Below, piece after piece: positions 49,441 to 61,330 of a stretch of 64,000 nt of DNA. The stretch comes from Octopus sinensis (lineage: Eukaryota): positions 35,216,001-35,280,000 of the forward strand of contig NC_043000.1 in assembly GCF_006345805.1 (NCBI RefSeq). Direction: 5' to 3'. Each line of letters starts with the position of its first letter. The stretch's first letter is position 1. The notes beneath the pieces are model-generated. The model was not told the origin of the DNA. It made no database searches and saw only the letters and a program-made list of their open reading frames with translations. The translations under genes were made by a program, and so were the position numbers.

Positions 49441-50264
49441 CTGGTATTTTTTTAAGTGTTAGTGACTCTTTCCAAATCATTGCTGGGACATGTGGTCCAT
49501 CATCAACACAACGATAGAAGGCAGAGAGAAAAAGTTTCAGTTTCATCAATGTGATGAAACAATGCCAATCCCACCTTTTCTTTTGGGTCCAGGAAACTAC
49601 TTTCTGTGACAAGACCTTAAATACTACATTTAGTACTTGGTGCTCTGACATCTGTAACAATCATTATGATCTGGTCCTTTGTTGTGCTTGATAGTCTTTT
49701 TGTCATTTGTCACTCAACTAAATTTTCTGGTAAAATTAATCTAGAGTTTGTAAGAACAGCTGTCTTTCTCAGGGGCCCAACTGCACATTACTCTTATCTG
49801 TTGTTAGGTTAAAGTGCTATGGGTAAATTTGTGTGGTGTAAAAAGAAAATCTGTCACTCTGCAGAGATGAGCAATAAAGATTTGTGTATGATTGATTGAT
49901 AAAATGATAGAGAGAGAGAGTGAGAGATTCAAATGAACATTACAAGCATGTGCATATGTAAACACACACTCACATACAATGCTATTGGTCACACACAAAC
50001 ACATTCAGTAGTAGAGGGCTATGTGTGTGAGTGGTGGGTGGGTGTACGTACATGCCATTAGTGTTCATATGTGTGTAGATTAAGAAGGACTTTTATGAAA
50101 AATGTTCTTTATTCTCAAACTATGGGTACAATCTTCCATTTCACTTGTTTCACTTTTTTATTTAATTTGAATTATTTTGCTGTGTTGTGCATATATAATT
50201 AGGTACTGTATACACAGTATTTGTGTGTGTGTGTTTATATATATATGTGTGTATGTGTGTGTAT

Positions 50265-50468
50265 TTCTTTTACTTATTTTAGTCATTTGACTGTAGCCAT
50301 GCTGGAGCACCACCTGTAGTCGAAGAAATCAACCCCAGCCTAGTACTTATTCTACTGTTGTCTTTTGCTGAACTGCTAAGTTACAGGGACATAAACACAC
50401 CAATATCAGTTGTCAAGCAATAGTGGGGAGACAAACACAGACACACAAATACATACACACATGTGTGT

Positions 50469-50503
<35 letters not shown>

Positions 50504-50750
50504 CATACATACACATTTGGTTGATGGAAACTGAAAGAAGCCTGTAATATATGTGTATGTAGACTTATGTGTGTTTTTGTGTCTGTGTTTATGTTCTCAT
50601 AACTTAGCAGTTCGGCAAAAGAGACTGATAAAATAAGTACCAAGCTTTAAAAAAGTAGTCCTAAGGTTGATTCATTTGACTAAAACTTTTTCAAGGTGGT
50701 GCCCCAGCATGGCCACAGTCTAACGACTAAACCAAGTCAAAGATAAAAAT
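50265..50750. mobile_element. Two SINE family D copies in inverted orientation (about 50265-50460 minus; about 50560-50750 plus)
   Basis: ttttgctgaactgctaagttacagggacataaacac versus gtgtttatgttctcataacttagcagttcggcaaaa, and gccatgctgg versus ccagcatggc. Confidence 0.85.
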
Positions 50751-51629
50751 GGGAAAATAAATTCTCTGAGATGTTCTTTCATTACCCTGTTTATGTTGAG
50801 ATTCACTGCCTAAGAATTTGGTAAAATAACTTTGTTGTTGTTACACTGATGCCTTGATGAAACTGACATGAGATTTCATGGGAGATTTTTCTTTAGACCC
50901 CTTTAAAACAGGATGGTTTTGTATCATAGAACTAAGGGCAGTGTTAGGTGAGTTGGTATCAAAAAGGTTTAGAATCTAAATGAGATGTTGGTAGAGAGAG
51001 AGAGAGAGAGAGAGAGAGAAGAAGCCTGCTGTAGGTAATCAGTGGTACTAATGATGGCTAACAAGAGAAAAGAAATCAGTGAAAGAGCAATAAGAGAGGT
51101 GAAGAAGAAATTCTGTCTGTTGGATAGGCTTAAACAAATTGTAATGAATAAATTTACCAAATATGTAAATTATGATGTTGAACAATTGGTGGGATTATAG
51201 TTTTGTATCATCTTTACATGTCTCAACAAGCAATTATTGGGAAGAGCTATTAAATATTTGCACAGCTAATATTTAATGATATCTTTTGGAAATAAGTTGG
51301 TAAATAAATTCTTTATTGGACTTTAATTTGATATTTTTTCAATAAAAATAATTTTTTGAAATAAATAAATAACTTTTCTCAGTCTGAAATCCAAGTGATT
51401 TTTTTTTTGCCCATCTGGTGATTCTGCTGGTTGTCTTGTCAGTAGCACCATCTATCAGCTTTTTATCTTGACTTTCCACACTGACATCATACATTGTCAC
51501 CATCTTTTAGAACTGTCATTTTTCTTCATCATTGTCCCAATTATTATTCTATGTACAATTATAGGAAACACTCCACAGACTTTTGGCAGATTGTTTTGAT
51601 TAATCAGACACATGTTACAAATTTAACAT

Positions 51630-51662
<33 letters not shown>

Positions 51663-54243
51663 CTCACTCGCACATCAATAGATACAACAGACAGCACACA
51701 TCAACAGCTTCCTCAGTTTAATGTCCATATTTTTATGCTCAGTTGGCTACAACTGCTCTCCCCGTCCAGCACACTATCTCATCATTTGTTGTGGTCGTCT
51801 CATCCTTTGTGAAATTTAACTGCTTCACATCAATGTCCATAATTCTTTTCTTATGTCATTCTAGCTGCTACAGGTTCTTTCCACTTGGTTGTTCTTTACT
51901 CGACTTCATCTTCTCATTGTATTTTATGATTGTACCAACACTGTCTCTTCTATACTGTTTATAATTCCTCTCTCAGTCCATTGTTGTGCCTTTCATAACA
52001 CATTCACTTGAACATATTTACTTCATTTCTTTCTAATCCTCACCATCCTTTGCATGTTGTCTTCATATTCCACCACCGAGTGACATTGCTCTTTGTGTTT
52101 GAGCCTTGGACAACCCACTCTTTGCTTGAAGAGAGAATCTCTTTCTTGCCACCTGGGCTAAAAGCTCTGCTAATATGTTTTTTTAAATAACTTATTCCAC
52201 TACTATTCAGGTTCCTTAGGTAACCTAATGTCAACTACATTTAAGCAGCTTTGTGGAAATTTGAAATAAATCATGATTGTTTTTATTGCTAATAAATCTT
52301 GTGCATCTGCTACAGGCAAAGTCTTTTGTCTGTCAGCCAGATCTCACAACATCTTTTTTGCATTCAACACACACTGTCGTTTCATGCCAACTTTTTGTCT
52401 GATTATTGTGTGTGACCACTTCCCTGATGGTAATAAAGTCCTGCCTTCTTTCTTGATAACTAAAGTTTTTATTTTTGTTAGGTTTACTTTGAGAAATTCC
52501 AATTTGAAATCTTTTGCTTGGTTTCTGTGGTGTTTGGCTGGTTTGATTCTCTATGGTTTTGATAGATTCCGTTACAAAAAATAGAACATTCTACAACATG
52601 TTAATACTGGTATTGTTTTACTATCACTGATTGTATTAATTAGAAATTTCATAAGCACAATCAACAATATTATATCTTGTTAAATCAACCGAACCTCAGA
52701 AAATGTTTAATCACAATCAGTAACTTCAAAAGTAAGACCTTAAAATTTATAATAAATTGTTAATTATTCAATGTTGATCTTTTAATTAATTGTCATCATT
52801 GATTCTCTTTCTAAACCCCATTATCAGATAAACTCCAAATCATTGTTTTCCTCTGCCAATATCTTGGCTTCTCTATTCTTTGAGAAGTAGCTTTGGGAAT
52901 TGTTTCATTTATCATTATTTAAATTGTTAATGTTAATGAGGATATGTACAATTCTTTTAACTATTTCACAGAAAATTGCACCATTTGCTCTAGGATTCAA
53001 ATAAGACGCATTTTCTTCTATTTTCTATTTTTTAAATACCCTATTTTGCTATTTTGTATTCATTATTGTTTGTGTTCATAAACTGTTTTTTATGGTAAAT
53101 TGCCAGTGATTTTACAGTCGCAGTCCCTTACTGCTAGTTACATAAGTATGAAAGATGAACGCTGTCAGCAAGCCTCATAATGTATTTTGCTGAGAGCACA
53201 ACACAATATCTGGAGCAGACTTAAAATTAATGGCTCTGTGATTTTATAACCCAACACTGCGTTATTCTGTAGACCAACCCTATGGGACTTTGCAGCCCAC
53301 CCCTATATGTCTTGGTAGCCCACCCCTATGTGACTTTATAAAGATTCAACTTTTATGTCATGTTCTTATTATGATTTAGTGTTATTTTGGTGTCAGGTCA
53401 AATCCATTGAAAAGCCTGTTTTCAGAACCTAATTTCTAAACTAGGAAATATCCAGTTCCTCAACATGGAATTCTACATGTTACATTGAAACCTTGTTACA
53501 TTGTCAAAGCTAATGTAATGAAAAAACATTAAAACTGCTGAAAATATATAAATATATATGAACATCGTCATTGTGTTAGTTGTGCTTTGTCCTGGGTAAG
53601 AAAGTTGACCATGGCAGAATCTCTAACATTGCAAGGAAGAAACCAGAATTAAAACTAAACATAAACTAGTTGTTTACCACTCTTTAGAATTGGTCTTGTA
53701 GTTCTTCACCTGATGAGGGATGCCTTCGCTTCAGTAGAAGTCAAACGTTTACCAAGTTCAGTTTCTTTCGGCTTACACAAAACCATTTGTAATATCTGCA
53801 TGACATTTAATTGTTATGAGTTAATTAATAAACAATTATTTTGAATTATCAGTTACCTTCAGATAAAAATCTATTTATTGCAATTTCTTGGAAACTTCAA
53901 TTATTTATAGAATAATAAATATTTGGTAGAATATTCAACTGCAAAAAAAAAAAAAGAAAAAAGAAAAAGAAAGATCACTGTTGCAACATTTAATGCTAAT
54001 TCTTACATTTTTCATAACAATCTAATTCGTACCACAAGTGAGAATTGAATTTTAAAACTAAATAAATATCTTTGAAAAGTAGTGATACTTTAAATAAGAT
54101 AAAACGACGATAGACAAGAAAGCTGTCTTCTTAACATGATGAATATGGAACTAAATTTATATTCTCTTGTAATTTATTCTATTTCTTTCTTTCAACTTTT
54201 CTACTTTTCTTTGTTCATTTTCATTGCTCATCACTGCAAATAG

Positions 54244-54321
54244 CTTATACGGGAAAAAGATCTTCTGCAAGCAATGATGCAGCACTTACACATGAAACCT
54301 CAAGTAGATAAATCAGATATT
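54244..54321 (+). CDS. FoxP: FoxP coding exon: end of the leucine zipper
   Basis: Acceptor caaatag|CTT after a long pyrimidine tract and donor ATT|gtaagt, phase 0/0, 78 nt. Encodes LIREKDLLQAMMQHLHMKPQVDKSDI (compare FOXP2 LSKERERLQAMMTHLHM). Confidence 0.96.
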
Positions 54322-54614
54322 GTAAGTATTGTTCTCCTTTTCTCTGCTGTTTCACTCATATTGCTAATTATACACGCACATGCAAATGTATATATATACA
54401 GCTATTTCAGAATTTATCTATGCATCCTCAGTATATTTATATATAACAAATGTGTGTGTGGGTGTGTGCCCCACCTCCTCCCCCACATCATCATCTTCAT
54501 CATGTGCGTGATTGGGCATATCTATAGGTATGCATGTATATGAATATGTGTATATAATCTATATTTGTGTATATATATATTATATATATATATATATAAA
54601 TATCAAATGGAAAT

Positions 54615-54880
54615 TGCAGTTGTGATACCTGTGCCGGTGGCATGTAAAAAGCGCCAACCGATCGTGGCTGCTGCCAACCTCCCCTGGCACCTGTGCCGGT
54701 GGCATGTAAAAAGCACCCACTACACTCACGGAGTGTTTGGTGTTAGGAAGGGCATCCAGCTGTAGAAGCACTGCCAGATCAGACTGGAGACTGGTGCAGC
54801 CTCCTGGCTTCCCAGACCCTGGTCGAACCATCCAGCCCGTGCTAGCATGGAAAACGGACGCTAAACAATGATGATAATGA
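54615..54880 (+). mobile_element. SINE family A copy (well preserved)
   Basis: gtgccggtggcatgtaaaaagc...gttaggaagggcatccagctgtaga...gctagcatggaaaacggacgctaaacaatgatgat. Confidence 0.9.
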
Positions 54881-54895
54881 TGGTGTGTCTGTATG

Positions 54896-54937
<42 letters not shown>

Positions 54938-55039
54938 TTTCTTTTCATTTAACATCCGTTTTCCATGTTGGCATGGGTTGGATGGTTTGAACTCAGCTGA
55001 TTTAGCTTGGTTTCTATCACTGGATGTCCTTTCTGACAC

Positions 55040-55075
<36 letters not shown>

Positions 55076-55328
55076 CATACAAGCATGTATGGGTATAGGA
55101 CATCACCAATAGTGCAAATAACATGAAATATGCTAACAAAGGAGTTAAATACGCAAACAATGAGAAAAAAATTGGAAAACAACCCATGTTTATTTGTTCT
55201 GTTTTCTAATTTTTTTTCTCATTGTTTATGTATTTAACTCGTTTGTTTACATATTTCATGTTATTTACACTGTTGGTACCCATATATGCTTGTATATATA
55301 TATATACTATATATTATTTACTATCTAT

Positions 55329-55360
<32 letters not shown>

Positions 55361-55931
55361 TATATAAATTCAGTGTATTAATGGCCGCTTCTCCCTGCCC
55401 ACATGGGTTGGATAGAGTTTGTTGAGCCAAATTCCTTCCTGTCACCTCACCTGTTTCCAGGTAAAGTAATATTATTCCCATGGCCAGGCATGTCTCAGAA
55501 GAAGGGAAACAAAGGACACCACTTCTTAATTCCACCTCAAATCATTTATTTGCATGTATATATCTTTGTTTTTATATAAAAAAAAAAGCCAACACTTTTA
55601 TATCTAGTGTGCATTTTCATTATTTCTTTTTATTTCCCCCCCTATCTATACCATCTGTAAGTCATTTTTCTTTGAAACCTCTTTCTATTATATATATATA
55701 CCTTTCTTAACTAAGTAAATAATGGCTTTTTAGCACCAAAGACATACTTCTTGTTTTTATTCCATATTCTTATCGTCTATATATACATTAAATTATGCTT
55801 TACCTTTTAAATTACCTGCTGCTGTATACCTTATACCAAGGACCATACTTACTTAGGTAATTACCAGCAGTGCCTTTAGATACATTTATCCCTTAGAGGG
55901 TTTAAATGCCTCTAGCTTATACCTTACATAA

Positions 55932-55982
<51 letters not shown>

Positions 55983-56864
55983 GTGTGTGTGTTGCACAAG
56001 TTTGTTTCAGTTTCAGCTTTTGTCAGTCTGGAGTTAGGGTATAAGGACATGTGCCCAAGGTGCCGCACTGTGGCATTGGACCTGAAGTCGTGTAGTTGAG
56101 AAGTAAACTTCTTATGACGCATCTAATTTCCAGTGCTTGCCTGGGTCATATTGAATTTCTGGAGGTGGATTTTCCCTGACTGGATGCCCTTTCTGTTGCC
56201 AACCCTCACCTGTTTCCAAGTCAGGTAATATTTTCCTTTGGCCAAAATTAGAAATGAACAACCTTGCTTGTATGAAAGGATGTTTGTTTACAACTGTCAT
56301 GTGATGTCAAGACAAGGGTACATACAACACACATGCACATCTGCACACATATATATATATATGATAGGCTTCTTGCAGTTTCCATCTGACAGGAATTAGA
56401 TCGAGAGACAGAGTGACTTGGGGCTACAGTTGATCTCACACTTGCCTGAAACTACTTGGTTGGGAAGCAAATTTCTTAACGCCTCCCCCCCACACACACT
56501 GAGGCTACCACACAGTTTCCATGTACCAGATTCACTTTCGAGGCATGGGTGGCCCAGGACTATATTAGAAAACACTTGCCCGGAATGCCATGCAATGTGA
56601 CTGAACTCCAAACTACACGGGTGCAAAATGTCTCAAGGGAATACAGTACCAGTTCTAGAAAGTGGTAAACAGCTGTGTGTGTTTGTATATGAAAGTATAG
56701 CTGTGTGGTTAAGTAGTTCACTTTGTAACCAAGTGGCTTTGGGTTCAGTCCCACCATGTGGTATCATGGGCAGGTTTCATTTATTATAGTCTGAAGCTGA
56801 CCAAAGGCTCGTGAGTGAATTTGGTTGACAGATACTGAAATATATATATATATATATATATATA

Positions 56865-57060
56865 AAGGAATACCAAAAATGGGACAAGAACGCAAAACAT
56901 CCAGACAGTTAGGTGATACAAGAAAGGGACAACAAAAAAACATCCTGACAGACGATACAAAAAAACAAGGACAGGTCATTTGGGGTTTTCTTTCTTCAGT
57001 CGAGTTCCAGATTATCTTTGCAATTTTGGCTGGTTATACTCGAGATTGCTCTAATCTGGC
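56865..57060 (-). mobile_element. CpG-containing repeat remnant next to (TA)n, same family as 35336-35470
   Basis: Reverse complement reads cgactgaagaaagaaaaccccaaatgacc...ttttttgtatcgtct...ttgcgttcttgtccca...tatata. Confidence 0.5.
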
Positions 57061-57179
57061 CAATCATCATTGTTTAATATCTGCCTTCAATGCTGGCATG
57101 GCTGGGACTGTATACACGCATTTGTGTCTTTTGGTTTCCTTGTCTTGGCATTGTGCAACAGCTGTTAAATGAACATGAC

Positions 57180-57378
57180 TGTCATAGAAGCAGTCACCTT
57201 TGTTTCCAGTCTTCTGTGAAAGTATGTCTGGCCATGGGGGAAATTACTTTGCTTAGAAATATGTGTGGGTTGGCAAGAGGGAGGGCATCTGGCTGTAGAA
57301 AATCTGCTTCAACAGAATTCCTTTGCACCGATGCAAGCATAGAAAAGTGGGTGTTAATATGATGATGATGATGATGAC
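57180..57378 (+). mobile_element. SINE/LINE-tail repeat with a (GAT)n end
   Basis: gccatggggg...ccttgctt...gggcatctggctgtagaaaatctgc...catagaaaagtgggtgttaatatgatgatgat. Related pieces at about 1.9, 40.5, 55.4 and 56.2 kb. Confidence 0.7.
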
Positions 57379-57874
57379 TACACCCAAACCTTGTCTGTGA
57401 AACTGGGAGGAAAGAAATTGTATAGAAGTCCCCACCAGATTGATTGAATCTGTAATCCAAAGTTGCAGCCATGTCACACTGTGATGCATTGATTCTACAT
57501 CAAGACTACACGTGCCTGTGGAGTACTCAGCCACTTGTATGTTAATTCAGTGAGTAGGTTATTCATTTGACTGAGGAAAGTGGATACTCCTACAACCAAA
57601 TTAATGGCAGAGTTCATTATATATATCATGGGAACTGCCTTCCTTATCTCTCCCTCTCTCCTTCTCTCTCTCTCTCTCTTTCACTACCACTCTGCTTCCC
57701 TTTCCAACTGGGGTATCCATGTATCTACAGCAAGACTCTGTCCCTCTATATTTCTGTCCCTCTGTACCTTTAATCTCTCAACTGGTACAACGTCCCCACC
57801 CCTAATATTTCTTCCTCTGCCAGTTGAAGGGTTTTTGCCTTTTTTGTTTTGCAAGGTACTTGATGACCCTGTTT

Positions 57875-57985
57875 GTGGTGGTGTCTCATAAAATGCACTG
57901 AAGCTGGTGCCATGTAAAAAGCACCCAGTGCCCTCTGTGAAGTGGCTGGTGTTAGGAAGGGCATCCAGCTGTAGAAACCATACCA
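57875..57985 (+). mobile_element. SINE family A fragment
   Basis: gtgccatgtaaaaagcacccagtg...ggtgttaggaagggcatccagctgtagaa. Confidence 0.75.
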
Positions 57986-60032
57986 AAAAAGATCTAGTCT
58001 ATTTCATTCACGAAATGAGCCCCGCTTAATGTTGCTCAGATTGTTTCAAATTTTGGTGTATCAATGCAACTCTAAATTTTGATTACGATGAACCAGTTAC
58101 TTGTAAATTAAAGAATCTACTGTTATTTGGCATCAAAGTTGGTAAACTTGGGTAATTTTAGCCAATCAACTGACAGCATGGCATTACCATGACAACCACA
58201 TGCTGTGTTGTGGTTCAGTGTTGTCTGTGCTGCTATTGTCTATGTTGATTCTTCACACTATGAGGTTCTTTTCACCTCCCTGTTTTGTTTTAATTTTTCT
58301 GTGTGTTAGTATCTTAATGTGTTTTTTTCTGTGTGTTTGTATTTTTACATATTTTTCATTTCATATATTTTTGGGACTCATTGACTCAGATTGCTGGATT
58401 TATGAGTTCACTAGGTTAATTCTGTTCATAAAAATTTAAATTAGGAGTATCTCTTAAACCACCAGCTTCACATTTCAACAGCTCAACTGAAATTTAGCAC
58501 ACATAACAGGAACTGAGAGGCATATCATGGAACAGAGAAACTATGGGTGATACAGATAATTTGACATTATTTTTGAATTCTGCATGCAAAAACATATAAA
58601 ATACAGATATTCTTTTCCTTGGGACAAATTCTTCGTTGACCAGTGTTATTCTTATCATAGTTTACAAATCCATGCATGAAAATGTTACTTTGGAGTTTTG
58701 GAGACAGATCCCCCCCCCCTTCACACACATACACACACACACACATGAATGCATAAATGTACGTATAAACTTATATATAAATACATACCTCCACATGCAC
58801 TTATATATTAATGATGTACACAAATACATGACAGGTATACATATTACTGAAATACGCATAAAGGAAACACACACAGACAAATATATTAATATAACAAATT
58901 TTAAAAAAATAATAAAACCATACAATCAATGAAGAGACAAAAGAAACAATAAGATGATACATGTGGATTTTATTAGGTATTTCTGTTTCTTTAGAAACTT
59001 ACAATGAACAGGTCAGATGCTAAACTCTAAATTTCACTGGATACACCCTTAAAGTTGACACCACTCCACCAAATGCAGAAAATTTCTGTCTCGCTATTGG
59101 CTAAAAATATACAGTTTTTTTGTTTTTTTTAAACCTCTGTAACTTTTTTCTCCAATTTTTTTCCTTCTCAACATCATACCTTCAAAGCGATGAGACTGGA
59201 GGGCTACATTATTATAGCTGATTTTCAGATTTTTTTATTGTCTTTTAGAAAATACATATTTTGCAACTGTAAAAAACTAGATCCCCACAAAAGATTATGG
59301 AGCCTGGTACAGCGTCCAGCCTTGCCAACTCCTGTTGAATCATCCAACCATGTCAGTATGGAAAACAAATGTTAAATGATGATGATGATGGAGAGTCCAT
59401 TAAATATAAATATATATATATATACATAATAGGAGAGTCCATTAAATATACAAACAAAAAATTGTGTCAAACAAACGAGAAAGAACATGAAAGACTGTTT
59501 TTTTGTTTTGTTATTTTATTGTGTTTGTGAATCTTGCTGTTATGCTAGGATGCTTTTGTTGGTGAGGATATTGTTTTTTTCCAAAGTTAGGGAATTTTAA
59601 TGACTTGTTTGTTTGTGTGTGAAATTATCTGTAAAACTAATTAAGGACATATTTGTTTTTAGAGGAATTTAGGAGTGTCTGATTTGTAAGTAGTGTTCCA
59701 CGGTTGAATGGTTTTTGCTTATGTGTTTGGGACTTTGTTTTGTGGTCAAGAATGAAGGATTCTTTTAAGGAGTGGAGAGTTTGGTAAGGTTTATTGAATT
59801 GTTTGTTAAATTAATTAAAGATTTTGTTTGTTTATTACAGTGGAGAGCTTTTTTTTTTTTAATTGTAAATCTTTTGGCACATTTATATGTGTTGTGGTCA
59901 AAGCTTGTTTTTGCTTTGTCTTCTGTGTGAGTGTGTGTGTGTGTCAGTGGTTATGCTATTCAGTGTTTATACACAAACACATTATTTAACTATATACCCT
60001 ACTTGAGAGAGGGGGAGAGAGAGAGAGATAGT

Positions 60033-60066
<34 letters not shown>

Positions 60067-60829
60067 CATACACACACATATATATATACACTACATTGAC
60101 AGAAATAGAAAACATTTGTAAAAGTTCAAGTAAAACAACAAGCTATTTTTTGTTCTTTTTTTTAAAATAAAGGTTAACACACAATAAACCAAAGTTGGTG
60201 GTTATTGCCTGGAATTGTATATAATGTTAGATTTTATTGCTGTAAATCAACAAAAATACTTTTGATGTGGACCGAGAAATGTCCTTCTAATTACAATCTT
60301 GTTGATTGTATTTTCAAATTATTTTTATGTGGTTTGACTTGGAAATTGTTTGTGAGGTTTCTCTTCTATTGCATTCTACTTGAAACATTTTACAGTTTAT
60401 TGCACACTTTTTACAAATTCATGTTTAATATATTTTCTGTGTGTGTAGAGAGAATTTATGTGAATATAGTTCAGAGAGCAGCAAAATGGAGATTTGCTTG
60501 TGTTGTGCACCAAGGAGATCAAAGGTGTGAGGTGTTCCAAATTGCAAAACAATGTTTTGGGGTGAATCAAAATGTTGGGAAAAGGTGCATCCAAAATGAT
60601 AGTGGTGCACTTCCTCAAACTGACAAAGAATGATAAGAAAGAGAAGCCTGCAGGTGTCACTATGATAGGTTGTTGAATGTGGATAATCTTTGGAAGGATT
60701 ATCCCAAAGTTTGCCCAACTGAGAGACCAGCTTTTGGGGTTGATATTCATAGGATCAAAAAGGCCATTAAGGACATAAAGTTGGGGGAAACTGCTTGTTG
60801 ATCTAGTTGTTGAGATCTATTATCTTGTC

Positions 60830-61330
60830 TCATTTACTTGTTTCAGTCATTGGATTCTGGCCATGCTGGAGCACTGCCTTAAAAGGTTCAGTCACATTGG
60901 CCTTAGTAGTTATTTTCTTTTTCATAGTTTGGTGCTTGTTCTATTGGTCTCTTTTGCCTAACTGCTAAGTTACATGAATATAAACAAACCAACACCAGTT
61001 GTAAGTGGTGGTGGTGGAGGGGGGAAAACACAAAGACAAACATAAATATATATTTTATTTCTTGTATTCTTTAATTCTTTAACTTGTTTCAGTCATTTGG
61101 CTGTGGCCATGCTGGAACACTGCATTTAGTCAAACAAATCGACCCCAGGATCTATTCTTTGTAAGCCAAGTACTTATTCTATCGGCCTCTAAGTTACAGG
61201 GACATAAACACACCAACATCAGTCATCAAGTGATAGTGGTGGAGACAAACACAGATGCACATATACATACATATGTGCATACATACAATGGGCTTCTTTC
61301 AGTTTCCGTCTGCAAATCCACTCACGGCCT
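60830..61330 (-). mobile_element. Two tandem SINE family D copies
   Basis: acttgtttcagtcatt(g/t)g...ggccatgctgga...ctaagttac...ataaaca..ccaaca twice (about 60830 and 61080). Confidence 0.85.

Noticed and set aside
52850-53350. Possible hAT-like transposase remnant and a roughly 23-bp degenerate triple repeat (agcccacccctat)
   Set aside because: No diagnostic motif or TIR identified with confidence.
53709-53750. CTGATGAG...AAACGTT, a possible second hammerhead
   Set aside because: The CTGATGA core is present, but the GAAA element is broken (TCAAAC) and I could not form convincing stems I and II.
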